Made by a program: the position numbers and the translations under genes. Positions 46,787 through 59,678 of a DNA stretch of 64,000 bases are shown piece after piece. Every line of letters starts with the position of its first letter. Positions within the stretch are counted from its first letter, which is position 1. The DNA comes from Perkinsus chesapeaki ATCC PRA-425 (taxonomy: Eukaryota > Protista > Perkinsozoa). The notes below the pieces were generated by a model. The model was given only the letters and a program-made list of their open reading frames with translations. It did no database searches and was not told the DNA's origin. Location: positions 43,726-107,725 of the forward strand of contig JAAPAO010000043.1 in NCBI GenBank assembly GCA_013115145.1, in the 5' to 3' direction.

Positions 46787-47638
46787 TTAGTCCCTCATCA
46801 CTTTCTGGAGCCTCTTAACAGTGTTATGGAGAAACGACCATAACCAGTCGATTCCAGGGCGATAGCCATTTGCTGGGTGTTGAGCGATAAGTGTGAAAAG
46901 CCTTCTGCAATCATCAACATTGTCCGGAACTAGTTTCTTTATCTCCTCCTTGACAGTGTCAGGCAGTCCAAACAACGGATGATACTTCTTCACATGCTCC
47001 TTACCCTTGAGGGTCACTTGTCCATAACCTTGGTTCAAAACAAATACCTCACTGGAGCTGAGATACAATTGATCGCATTAAAAATTACATCAACGAATAA
47101 TATACTAGTAGCATAATACTACTACATGAAGTAGCAACTTGGGATGACTTACCCGACAGTCAGAAGGTCGACATCTGTTCTGATTTCGAATTTACCCAGT
47201 AAGGATGCCCGCAGGGTTATTGTAGCATCATCGAATCTGCGGCCAAACGGATTCGGCTGATATTTGCATTCGCCGTAGGGCGTAGAGGTGATAGCCCCTG
47301 GGAGCTGGAGACAAACGGCATGACCGACGGGGTTCCTGCCTTGCATTCGAGTGGATTACCTGTATAGCAGATGACTTCACCAGTTCTTCCACTTGGTCCA
47401 TTCTTTCCAGTATTGATTTCTGCAAACTCTGTAGAGAAACCTGGTTTTCGCGGAGTTCTTTCTCCATATCATCTATTCTTGCTGTTAGCTTTTCCATCTG
47501 AAACACATTACATGATCGCTCATCAATCCAGGAGGCGAAGCTGTCGCTATTCGGCATCACCTGAGCATCCCTTGCTGTACGAAGGGCAGATGATAGAATG
47601 GCAGTTGTGAATAATAAAGGGATACGAAATAGGAACAT
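46787..47638 (-). CDS. Hypothetical secreted protein (signal peptide, coiled coil, globular C-terminal module)
   Basis: MFLFRIPLLFTTAILSSA signal; KLTARIDDMEKELRENQ heptads; exons bounded by GT/AG. Confidence 0.5.
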
Positions 47639-48418
47639 TTGTAAAGGTTAACCCAAAGGTAACTGTTACACATGAAGAGGTGGAGGAGTTATTATAGGAT
47701 GAAAAACCTTATAATCACCTGTTGTGGCTCTACCCGACGAAGACCATCGCATTATTAAGTGGAAATATTTATCAACAAAAACGAGACGAGACGTTAAGTG
47801 TGTTTATGAACGAGACGCGACTCTACTCCTCCTCTCGCGACCCCAGCGACTGTCTAGAGTTGGAAAGGTATCGGGTGTTGGTCAGCACACGGTAAGCCCT
47901 GATGCTCCCACCGCAATGCTGACGCGTTCAAACTCCTATAACCTTAACATCCGCACGGCACCGTACACCCGTCCTTTACTGTAGGTACTGCCGCTGCGGT
48001 GTACACCGCCCCGTACGGCGGCCATATCAGCAGACTGCCGGCAGTCACTGCCCAGTCGCTGTAAGGAGTGAACGCCCTCTCCAACACTAGAAAAAAAAAT
48101 AATAATACTGTGCTGACCTGCTTCAGCGTCCTCCCCAGGGCTGCACCAAGCAGGCCCCTTCCCGCCGGCCGCGACACTCCCTGCACATGCAGGAATCTTA
48201 CCTAGCAAACCTCGCTCGCCCACGCCGCTTCGTGGTCCCGCGCTGGCTTGCTCGTGTTCGTCCTAGAACTCGCTCTATGAAACATAGACCTACACGATTA
48301 TTAACAAGTTTACTAAAACCGTTGTACAGGAATGCCGGCTAAACGTTTACCCAATTAACTGCTCAACGCCGCCGAACTTTTAACATTGGAAATGAACGAG
48401 GAACGTTTATATCATTAT

Positions 48419-51242
48419 TCACAGTTCATCAGCGGCTGTCTCGATGATTCCCATGGCCTTCTTAAAGTTGCGCTCCTTCACACCTGTAATCGATTTACCC
48501 TGCCAGACCGGCTTCTTGCCACCAGCACCCTTCGCACCGAACTCCTCTAGCAACTGAGATAATACGGAATGAAAGCAATGAGCAATGACTGGACAACTCA
48601 CCAAGTTTAACATATCCTTGTTTCCTAGAAGTGGAGTACCTTCGTTATAATCGGCAAAGAGGAATGCTGTTGGACAACAAAGCAGAATCTGACGGCAGAA
48701 GAAATAATAATAATAGATTTACTCCCTACTATTGGATCTCATCACTACAAAGGTTGATATATATATAATAATAGTAGCAATCTCATTAGCTTACAGCTCT
48801 CGGCCCTCCTTCGGTCGCTTTATTCTTCTCAACCAAGGCCTTCTCAAGTTGGTGTAAAAACACTGCGTCACAGTCTCTAAAGGTGCCGACTATTTTCTTT
48901 CCAGCGGCATGTGACAGCATGTCAGTAGCAAGGTACTGAATAAGCTCCTCCGTCAAAGCCTTAACCTGAATACAACCGATCTGTCGATAACACGCCCCTC
49001 GAAATTTAACGAGCGCGTAATAGTCCTACCTGTCGATTCGCTACTGTGAGTTGCTGTAGTCTTTGTTGGACCAATTCGGGCAACTTCTCCCTTTTGCAGC
49101 TCAAATCGTTAATCATAGCCGCTTCTCGATCGCAACATTCATCAAAACGGTCTAGAACTCTCTGCCCGACTAGAAACGTCAATGTGAGAATCTTCGTAGA
49201 GCTCTTCCACGAATGACCTGAACGCCGTCAGCGAGCATGACCGCGCGCCACGAAAACATCGCCACTCACCGGTTATTTTAACACACTGGAGCTCCGCAAG
49301 ATTCTCCACGTGAGTTCCTCCGCAGGCGTTCTTTTCGATTCCATCAATCTCTACGATTCGGAAAACATCGCCTTTAACTTTTTTGGGCAGGGCGGAGCGA
49401 AGCATACTAAAATAGGATATTCGTTAAATAGGCCCAACTTCTACTGTTGCTGTTGGCTTACGGGTCCCTATTGCCGTTCTCATCCTCCAACTCACTTCGC
49501 TTCATCTGTCGGTTATATACTGTCCTATGCTCTCTAATAGCTTGATTACAACGATCCTCTAATGTCTTCACACGAGAATCAAGTGTCTCACCTGAACCAA
49601 AAATCTTGAATACCAGCAATTCTGTTATGATTGTAAACAAGCGATTGACGAACTCGGGGTTTTGCATAGCCCATCGAACCTGTCGAATAAACCACCTGCT
49701 GTGTACACGAGACTCATTGAACACTACCAGAATATCGATCGGCTCTCTGAGATTTATGACCACAGCAATACAAATAGAGATAGACTATGTACGACAACTT
49801 TGCTAGTAACAGACTGATACATTAGTAGTTCAGTTGGACAGATACAGAAGAAAACCCATACCGATCCCCTTCTCCCAACTCAGAGACCCGGCGGCAACTC
49901 GCCGACGACGCGTTACCTTCGGGGATGAGATCTAAATTGCATGGTCCAATATCGACCGTGCACGCCTGGCTGCTGAACTCCCAAGAGTCCGTGTTACCGA
50001 ATTCAGGGAATAAGTCGTGTGTCTGAAAACGTTAGATCTTTCCAACCTATATCGACCTCGGAGCTACCTCACACAAAGCGCTGATGAGGTGCTGACCAGA
50101 ATGCTGTTGAGTGTCGTCCCATCGCCTATTCCAGTCAATGCTCACATCTACCTCGCTTCCGACTTCCACCTTGCTGTCGACATAATGGTGAACCTGTCGA
50201 AGAGATGCGATGAATCATTCTTTTCAAAAGCTACTAGAGTGCTGGAAAACACGTCGAAATCATCTAGGTTCGGAATCTCCTATAGATTGCAGCGAAGATA
50301 TAAATATCCTTTCGAATCCGAGGTCTACTTCCCACGACAGAGTCTGGAAGGCTCTGCACGTATCCGATGATATTACAGCACTGCGGACAGATGAGCACGA
50401 CGCTCACTGTAGCCTCGAAACCCTTGTAGAAAATTTCCCAAACGTGTCTCGAAAGACTAAATTCTCTTCGGCAGTTGGATGAGGAATTCTGAGCGCTCAG
50501 ACGAGCAAGGCCGCCAGAAAGTACACCACAGACGGTGCTACTCTCTCACCTCTCCCTCGGAGTCCTTATCAACATACAGTACTCTGGCATTGCCAATACG
50601 GCCAGTATCGGATGGCTGACCGCCACCCTCGGGATATAGTAATGTCTGGTCTAGTGTTACCACAAACTTGGAACCTGAGACCATCATATAGTAGCGATAA
50701 GGCAGCAGGAAGAACGTGCTGAACTGGTGATAATACGGTATTTTATATTAATATTACAAAAAGAGAATACGTAAGCTCATCAGAGACAAAGGGGCCGCTC
50801 AACGAGTAACCGATTTTGTAACCGAGAATCGAGTATCGCAGGAATGCTTTTAACACATGAAAGCGAATTCTAGAATCGGCGATTGTAAAGGCCATAATTC
50901 ACTCAGCGACCGTGGCGTAGATACATGGCAACATGACTAGCGAAATAAACTGAGAGGGTAACATTACTCATATTGATGAGGGTATATAAAAGGCAAGATA
51001 CTATCATCTATATTTCGAGGGAGCTAAAAAGGAATTCAAACCATAGCAACACTGCATTGGAGGCAGTTCCAGTATGAGTGTATAATTGTACATATAAATA
51101 CTATGTCCATGGTGTAATAGGAATGGTTACCTTTAGCCATAGGAGCCACAGGCTTCTTAGGGGCTGCCTCACATGAGAGGACCTTTGCTGTGGTGGAACG
51201 GAGCTTAGGTTGGGCTATACAGAGAACTCGAGTCGCCGTCAT
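48419..51242 (-). CDS. AARSD1: Free-standing alanyl-tRNA editing protein (AlaX/AARSD1-like)
   Basis: TLLYPEGGGQPSDTG, DWNRRWDDTQQHSGQHLISAL (HxxxH) and RIVEIDGIEKNACGGTHV (CxxxH). Confidence 0.92.
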
Positions 51243-52467
51243 TTAATAGAACAGATGTAGGAAATTAACACTGAATAAGAATGTTCGTGGAAGGAGTTCT
51301 TCGTGGGGTCATTTAAGGACAGGCTGGTGTGAAGGGGACAGTCGACACAATCGATCTGCTCAGCTGGGTTGTTCGGCAACATAACGTAAAGTCTAAGTTC
51401 TAATGCATTAGTCTAATGCACTTGTAAATGATAGGTTTCAAGGGCATCCCTCGATTGTTAGGCCTGTTGAGTTCCATGTGATGATTTTCGGACCCCTCCC
51501 ACAACTTAAATCGAATATTAACTGCTACTTTAGAACAACGTTACGTAATGATATTTTGGGAATGCATCTCAAAACTAAAACTCCTCCACAACTCTGTCCT
51601 TTTCCCATGTTCCAGGAGCGGTTGCTACCAGCAAGCCCCTCATCAACACGCGGAGAATTTGGCTCGCCTTGTGCGTTCAACTACTCGGCCATAGAAAATA
51701 ACACTTACTAGACTGCCACTTACAGCTACAACAGCAGCACCAATTAGTGCGTCATAATCTCCTCTGTTCACCCGGCAAGCTCCAGATGCGTAGATCTCCT
51801 ACTATCGCAGGTCAAGGGGTTTCTGCAACTGTGATGTCGGCGGCTTCTGTGAAGCTACCGCTCCCTCTGCTAGGTGTGTGGCGCAACATCGCCTCCCGCG
51901 CAACCCGAGAGCTAGGAGCCTCCAGCCTGAGTCTACACCACTCCAAGAGCGGATCTCTTTAAGAGCTGAAATGAGGCACAGCTTCTTAACTCTACAATGC
52001 ACTGGTATTGCCTGATCAGACTATTGGCCTTGCGAAATGTCGCCAGTATAGCGTTTTTCCAATGTGGCCTGGCTATTTATCAGGTCGGTTACACCTCTAC
52101 AGTCCAGCCATTGTCCCTCGGGCGCGTGAGTGACTCAACCAGCAGCGGCTTTTTCTTAAGAGTTTTCACCAATGAGAGACACGTTCGGTTGTGACGCTTC
52201 CCCAAACAGCTCCCTTATCTGGGCGGCATTCTTTACCTTTTAAAGCTCATTGTAAACAACCACGTTGTGTGTAGTAGGTTGGCCAAGCCCAGCAGTGCAA
52301 GGTTCTCTACCTCCGTGCTGGGTCGCAAGCGCCGCGGGGAAGTTAAGGCTCAGTGATGAGGTATAATCGATTAACCGTTTCATGGGGTGGCATCAAACTA
52401 GACTCAACAGCCGACCCGCCAGCAGGCACATGATGAAACATAAAATTATTAGAAATGTATGACAATT

Positions 52468-55205
52468 TCAATCTTTGCCCAAATACTCATACACACAGCT
52501 GAAGTCCTTTCTGCCGTGCCCTTTATCGCCAACACTACCATACAGCTCCCGACAGAAGGTGGCCACAGGTACCTCGAACTCGACCTCGAAAATATCTTCA
52601 TCCACATGCTAATCCGATCTCAAGCGCTTTAACCCGAATAACTTTACCATGCAATCAACCGCCAGCACATGGGAGGCAAATACCGTGACAGAGAGTGAGC
52701 AAACATGACATACCATCTACCCTTTCATGAGAGAATTTAACGTGAACTCCGAAGCAACCAAGACTTTGTGAAAAATGTTGCGGTACCTCAGCTCCGCAGC
52801 CCTCAGCAGCCGTCTTCGCCAGTCCCAAATCCTTGACCATGAGATCGACCATAAATCCCTATTGAAATCTTAGTCGTTTATGATGGTATCTCCACCTTAC
52901 CCCGCTGTACTCTCTATTAGAGGGTATATCCTTATCTAGGACACCTGGCACTGGATTGTAGGTATCCGAACTCCAGCATCGTCCAGTGGAAGCATTTACT
53001 ATCTCAGCAAAGACTTTTGGATCGACCCCCAGCGTCCTAAACACATACCAGTTACCACTGGTATAGAACAGATGAGCTGAGAACCCTATGCAGGCAATAC
53101 AACCACCGCCGTGATGATCATGACATGCTTCGATCTAAACGAGCATGTTGTTGGACAACAATTACTTCCTATCAGTCCTCCTATTCAGCTCAGCGACCCG
53201 GCATATCTTACCACTACTTAGTAGACATTCGGCTATTTCCGGACAACGTTTTCAAGGTAAAATAATAATAAGGTAAAATAGATATGCCCTTGTGAAGGTG
53301 GTGGCTAAAAGCAGCAGCATACAGCAGCCCATATCCTTTCCTACAGAGAATGCCTCGCTTGCTCGAGTACGTCATGCCCAAACTATCGAGAGAGCCTCTC
53401 TTTCCAACGCGACGGCAACAACTGGTAATGTTAAGCATTACAACCGCTTCGAATGAGGCATTCATAGAAGACCATAGAATTTAGTACCATCAATATGGCC
53501 AGTGATTCCGAGTCGACTTTTGAAACTTTGATGACCGCTACACAAAGTTTCTGTCCCCCTCAATCCAGTCCTCACTTTGCTAATCGGAAGCCCTCAGCGA
53601 CACCAAGCATGCTAGCAGCCAAAATGAGATTATTCGACACCTTAACAGCTTGGCCCATGCCAGCTCCACCGCAGTGCTTTGGATTTCCCATAGGCTTCAG
53701 AATCTCTACAGCGGTTTGGAAGTCCTCGGTACTATCAGCCCCAACCATAAACGTTAAAGTACCTACCGGGGATCGAACCCGCGCCCTTTCGCAGCAGCCC
53801 TACCCGCCCTCGCCGCTGGTACCCCTCCGCTGACTGGGGCGTCCACCATTTTATGGCCTTCGCCTTTAGCTGCAGCTATGACTGATTTGGCTGCTATCGG
53901 ATCGATTGTAGAACAGTCTATCAAGAATGATGACTTCTTCAAAAGGGACAGGATCTGAAGAATTATACTTTGGCATCAAGTTGGCGGCACAAAGGACAAC
54001 AATCCCAAGCACAAAGGGAATCCAGAATTTACAAACCTGCCAAATTTCAATACTAAGAAAATGGAGCCTGAAAAACTTGAGATCGAGTTGATTGAACATT
54101 GCTAGCTCAGGAGCGACCAGAAAAGTGGCAGAACTGACGGCGCTTGGAAAGCAGCAACATCCTGCATGGATCCCATCCATTCCACATTGGGGAATCCCCA
54201 ACCACCATCCACTTTCAAGAGGTCCATAGTTACACCTCTCAGCTGACCCGTTAACCACTCTTCGCCTTCTAACGAGCCTAGTTTGCCCTCCAGTGCCCCT
54301 AAAGCCACGAGAATGTTTCAAGTTTTTCTCAACTGGCGAAATAAGCCTTGTCTAGGGCAACACTCTGGCAGCGGCCCCATTGCCACTGTACCATTCTAGA
54401 AAACGATAGGACGACGAGATTGACGTATAAATATCAGACTACATGTTAAACTATTACGGTATCATTGTTAGCTATTGAGTGTCCAGTGTACTATCTACAA
54501 AATATATTCCACTTACCCCGCCATGGCCGGTATATAAATCAATGACATCTTGACTCCCCGGTACCATCGATATGATAACATCGGATGAAGCACAGAGATC
54601 CTCTAGACCCTCCGCCACTCTAGCTTCTTTGGCAGCTGCCTCTTGGACACCTGCAACACCACGACTATGCTAGCACAGAGAATAGAGTCTAACGGCAAGG
54701 CATCTTCAGAGTGAGGTATAGCGGTACTGTTCTACTGCGTGGAAAAATAACCACGAGAGCCTTTGGCACAGTAAAGATACCACAGACACCGTGAACGAAT
54801 AATGAACCGAGGTTGGGTCAGTTCATTTTTAGAGCTTCAAAGGATAACATCATCCTGCGGCCACAATAACTTATATTAACGGAAGGGACAAGAGTCTCCA
54901 AACTCTGTGACATTATTTGATTCAGCCTCATTCCCCACCTATTCTTGCGAGTATCCTTCAACAATGAGTTCATCGAGGAACTATACAACCACTTCACATC
55001 CTCCCCCGGGGCTGGAAACTGGCGGGCCCACATCACTACCTGCTGATCCAACCATCTTGTCGAACACTACTAAGCTCCTTTCAGCTTTCAGTAAGTTTCC
55101 TGCCATACCCGAGCCCATGTTACCAAGGCCAATAAAGCCAATTGATGCGAATCCTCTTTGGTGAGCACTTCCGAAGACCCTTCTGCAGCCAAGGCGGGCA
55201 AGCAT
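52468..55205 (-). CDS. HIBADH: Mitochondrial 3-hydroxyisobutyrate dehydrogenase
   Basis: [27 protein letters not shown]|[43 protein letters not shown] and [10 protein letters not shown]. Confidence 0.96.
53763..53803 (-). other. 41-nt intron made largely of a sense tRNA 3'-half-like fragment
   Basis: gtagggctgctgcgaaagggcgcgggttcgatccccggtag; removing it restores the conserved [11 protein letters not shown]. Confidence 0.75.
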
Positions 55206-55430
55206 GGTCCGAGCCGAAAAGGGCAAGCTCGAGATACGCCACGCTTGTTTTATCCTACCGCTCCCCCCGAGAAAGCAGCTTCAGCAATACAGAGGAATAC
55301 TGCCAAGAGATTACAACGCAATACCGAGTGACATGAAGAAAATTCAACACAGTCACGCCCCCAGCGACGGGTGAGCACCACCATCGACTTGGCCGATTTT
55401 CGACCTGGCCGAGAGACCTCTCGCAGCAGT

Positions 55431-56026
55431 CTAGTCCGGTGTAGGCTTGTAGCCGTCAACGTAGAAGTTAACAGTAGAAGGCGGCAATTTAACTTCCTGA
55501 CCATCCATGTCTTCTGTAACCTTAACCTGGCATCCAGACACATGAGTTGTGGGAAATATGGTATTATTATTGCCTGACAACCGAGCCTGCTAGTATCCTC
55601 CAGCCCAGGGGCAAGGTCCAACAAATCTTCCTCTTCTTCACAGGGTTCAGGTAGACTATCGTAGAGATCTTGAGATAGTATACAGTGGCACGTCGAGCAA
55701 GCCATCGACTCCTAAACGCTACATGCTGGACCCTCCTACAAGGCTTTCAAAACTACCTCACAAGCGCCCTCCAAATCAATGTCGTTCAAATGTGCAACTT
55801 TCAGCAAGGACCAGCCAATCGGTGCCTTCGCCACTTTCTTGGTCCCGTCGGTATTAACAAAAGTAATGTTAACAGTAGGAAGGCCTTTAGCGGCATTCGC
55901 GTCGGCATGGAAGGATCTAGCGAACCTGCCACCTAAAGGACCGGCGGCCACGGCAGCTATACTGCCCCGGAGGGCAGAGGATGCCGCTATTGGGGCCGCC
56001 ATGGCTCGCATTAAAGATGATGACAT
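55431..56026 (-). CDS. Mitochondrial adrenodoxin-type 2Fe-2S ferredoxin
   Basis: Presequence; DIDLEGACE|[10 protein letters not shown]; [18 protein letters not shown]; VNFYVDG. Confidence 0.95.
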
Positions 56027-56109
56027 TAGTATAACAGTGAATAGAAACTAAAGTACTTCATAGAGAGCATTATCCATTTCTGAAGGCTGTGAAAAAAATG
56101 AAGGAGAAA

Positions 56110-56150
56110 TTCCGCCTGCCGGGATCGAACCAGGGTCTCACTCGCGTGCC
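56110..56150 (-). pseudogene. tRNA 3'-half-like fragment inside a putative 76-nt intron (56087-56162)
   Basis: GGCACGCGAGTGAGACCCTGGTTCGATCCCGGCAGGCGGAA; no matching 5' half found nearby. Confidence 0.55.
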
Positions 56151-56469
56151 AAATTGATATACCTAGTGTCACACTACTAATGATAATGATAAGGGATGAC
56201 GTCACGAAGCTAGCTTGTGGCACGTAATATCCAGCTCCTATTCTCAGAAGGCTAACCAATCGAAAGCTATTCCAATTAGGCACGTCGCTTGGCGCTACGT
56301 GACACGACGGTATTCTAGCTCGTGACAAGTGTATAACACTCCATTTGTGTACACCATGTCATTCTCGGATACAACAAAACAACTGGGAATGATAAAACGA
56401 TGATACGAAGAGGTTCTGACTGCGATTCTGGAACAGATGATATGCCAGAAACAGGGAAGTTGCTCTGGC

Positions 56470-57300
56470 TCAAAATTCCAGCAACAGCTCATCGACGCCG
56501 TGGTTAAGGAGGTTCTCGTCCAGTGGAACAATGTCCCCACGAGGGTAGTGGGGGGGATTCCCCGGGAGAAGTGTCTGTTCCTCGTCCGTAATCCACCACT
56601 CCTTCCACAGAGCGCGGTGCGACTTGTCCGAGCCGATATAGTATAGGACCAACTCACCAACATCCTGCCTTCCGCCTTTAAAAGTCAGTAACATCACAAC
56701 ATCTTGTGTAACGAACATCACGTGCGCTAGAAGACCGAAGACGTCATAACAATCTAGTGTTCGTGGAAAGGGTTGTTCGTCCCACACTGCCAGCCTGGAA
56801 GGTGCATCATCTATGCCGACCACTCTCCATTTTTCAGGCTCCATTTCCACCACGCCGAACCCTCTGAAATCTTCAATGTTTCCTTTCATGAGCTTCACAC
56901 ATTGCCACTTCAACGTCTCGATATCGAGCCGCCAAAGCTCCATCACGCCCTCGTTGGCGGCGTTCACCAGATAAGCCCAGTTCCGGGTGCAAATTGGTCC
57001 CGCAAAGTTAAAGCGAAAAGGCAGGTCGTTGGCAATGACAGACTCCTCACCACCGCGCTGCACCACCCATGTCGCTGGGAAGTTACTCTCTTCGCCATAG
57101 CCTGCTCGAACATACCAGAAACCATCCCTCCCCCGGTGATAGCTTTCGATAGGCTGGCCGAATGAGAATCCCTTGGGGTCTCTACGACCAAGGAACTGCT
57201 TTGTGAATGCGCAAGGGAATGCAAATACACTCCCTTTGCTCAGAAATCGATTGTCGCATGCTCGAAGCTCAAGGGACAAATGAAAGGCACTTGCGACCAT
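56470..57300 (-). CDS. Intronless hypothetical protein (276 aa, beta-propeller-like composition)
   Basis: Long ATG ORF with repeated aromatic/W-containing beta-strand segments. Confidence 0.6.
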   Translation of the reverse strand: MVASAFHLSLELRACDNRFLSKGSVFAFPCAFTKQFLGRRDPKGFSFGQPIESYHRGRDGFWYVRAGYGEESNFPATWVVQRGGEESVIANDLPFRFNFAGPICTRNWAYLVNAANEGVMELWRLDIETLKWQCVKLMKGNIEDFRGFGVVEMEPEKWRVVGIDDAPSRLAVWDEQPFPRTLDCYDVFGLLAHVMFVTQDVVMLLTFKGGRQDVGELVLYYIGSDKSHRALWKEWWITDEEQTLLPGNPPHYPRGDIVPLDENLLNHGVDELLLEF

Positions 57301-58074
57301 AGAGGAGTGGGCAGGAAAACTAAAAGGCAGATGCTATAAATGGCTTATAGAGGATCAGCGATACGCCGGAGTAGCCCCCGCAGCCTAATAACCGTACAAA
57401 GCATTATTTCTATATGTCCCACGTAAGAGCATGAAGCTTGCCCCGTGTGCTCAGTAAGTGTACTGATCTCGATAACGTGCCACAAAGAGTCTCTTTTCGC
57501 CTATTCGTATCAGCAGTGATTGAAGCACTTCCCTACTGTGAGACAGTCAAGGGAAGAGTCTATGAAGGCGAGGTTGCTACGCTCGGTATGGCCCAATGCT
57601 CATTCATTAAGTATAATACCGCGTGCTGGTCAGTACACTGGGAATGTGTCACTCGCAGTCCTTATTTCAAAATGAAACGAAGATCGTCGTTTTTCTTCCT
57701 ACCAGCCAACCCGCCCCAAGCTAGTGCCTAACTCGACTTAGATACGTTCGACAACAGCGAACGTTCGTTGTTGCCCGTCATCTGTGCTGTCTTCCTTATG
57801 TTTCCCTAGGCGTGTCTTCTATCGTAAAGTAAACGCTACGACGTGCGACATCACGCAGTTGGTTCGACGAGAAATATCGCTTGCGCCCCGAGGATAAAGA
57901 GTCTTGATCAAACTTGTATTTCTTCGAGCTCGCATTTCCATTCGAGAACGCCAGCTCGTACTATCGCACAATTGATAGCTGACATTCACTCAGTGATCCT
58001 ATAGGACAGAGTGTAGGAATGTTCTTGTCACCAACTGGCCTCTAAGTTCTCCTTAGGGTAAGTATTATCACACA

Positions 58075-59127
58075 ATGAGACTGCCGTATGTCGTTCTCAT
58101 CAAGCTGCTTCTATTGGTGAAAAATACTAAAGGGGCGACCAATATTGTCGGTGCTTCAAGTTACAGTCATCTTGCTGGAGAATACAAGGGCTCCGGCGAG
58201 TGTGACAAGCTACCGGGTCTTAAAGGGTTTCAAGTACATATCAAGGAGAAGGACTCAGGACTAATGGCCAACATAACTGCTGAAGGCTCTGGCTGGAGTT
58301 TACCGTTGGGGAAGCCAGTGCAGTTGAAGGAGTATCGCTATGAGGCGGTGCTAAAAAGAGTCCACAAATCCACCGAAATCCGCAAACCCACATTCTTTCA
58401 GTTGAAGGATGTATACTATAAAGGGAGGGGGAAAAGTTCAGTTGGTAAATTTATGAAAGACTTGTATGATAGTGTCGGATTCGATTATCAAAAAGTAACC
58501 CTTGCTAGGGATATTGTGATAGCTGAGGCTCCTGATGGAATAATAGTTGGGCTACATCCTACTAGAAATCCATTAAATTATGTTATTGAAGGTCTGATGT
58601 GCAGCTTCTCTTTGCCTAAACTTGGCTCAACAACAACTACTCAAACCTCAACGGAGTCGTCACAGTCTGAGAAACTCGAAAGACTGAAAAAGCGCAAGCT
58701 GCCGTTGGAAGCATCAGAGAGCAATGAGGGAGGGAGCGTAAAAAAACGTAAAACGACGACACCGACAGATTTCCTCCCCGACGGTTCATATGAAACAAAG
58801 AATGTTTGGGGACACTCTGACAAGGCTTTGGTCGATATCTCATCCAAATCGGGGGTCATCTGGTGCGGCATAAGCTTCCATGGCTCGGACAACGTAGATC
58901 TTCCTAAAACTGAACTAGAGCAAAAAGATGATGACTGCATGTATCCCAAGGCACCACCGACCAATGCTGCTGTGAAGACCATCACGTTTGTCTACCAGAA
59001 AGTTACCCCCAGCTGGAGCACACTCCGTATCTGTCGGGGACCTAAGGGAGGCTGGGAACTACAGATGGTGGATTCGTCAACCAGACTGCCATGTATGAAT
59101 TTGGAGCTGGATAGGAGGGGATCCTGA
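58075..59127 (+). CDS. Intronless secreted protein with paired KKRK basic motifs
   Basis: Signal peptide MRLPYVVLIKLLLLVKNTKG; two beta-rich modules joined by a T/S-rich basic linker. Confidence 0.72.
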   Translation: MRLPYVVLIKLLLLVKNTKGATNIVGASSYSHLAGEYKGSGECDKLPGLKGFQVHIKEKDSGLMANITAEGSGWSLPLGKPVQLKEYRYEAVLKRVHKSTEIRKPTFFQLKDVYYKGRGKSSVGKFMKDLYDSVGFDYQKVTLARDIVIAEAPDGIIVGLHPTRNPLNYVIEGLMCSFSLPKLGSTTTTQTSTESSQSEKLERLKKRKLPLEASESNEGGSVKKRKTTTPTDFLPDGSYETKNVWGHSDKALVDISSKSGVIWCGISFHGSDNVDLPKTELEQKDDDCMYPKAPPTNAAVKTITFVYQKVTPSWSTLRICRGPKGGWELQMVDSSTRLPCMNLELDRRGS

Positions 59128-59678
59128 AGGTTCTGTAAGATGATGACGGTCACGTTGTTAGAGCAAAGCCACTAGATGACATGATATTCATTCCTCGAAA
59201 CATTGTTTATCGAATTGATACATTTTACATAATCTTTATAATGTTTTTTCTATATTATTTCTGATAATGTATCAAGGCTTTCAATTTGTATTTTATTATT
59301 TCTATCACGTTCTTGTTGTAATGCTGCTGTTAATGATGTTTAATAGCTATTAATAGCTATCCTATACACCAGCAGTAACAGCTGCCCGTTCATGACGTTC
59401 TCAACTCCTTGTCAGAATGCAAAATATAGATATTCCATCTTCGCACCATTCTTGGGAGCAGCCGCCTGCGCGACGCCGATAAAGGAGGCCTCCTATACTA
59501 GGCAAAGGTTAATCCTTGCCCGGCACGTCTTGCAAAATTTCACCCGCGAGCTCAACGAGACTATCCCATTAACAAAGCAACCGATACTAACATACAGTGT
59601 AAGAAAAGCGTCTTTCACTCGGTTACTGGTAGTGGGACATTAACCGCGTATTGGCCGCCACCGAGAATCGTCATGATG

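Noticed and set aside
53866-54321. 151-aa minus-strand ORF within the HIBADH span
   Set aside because: It lies across HIBADH intron and exon sequence and has no independent motif.
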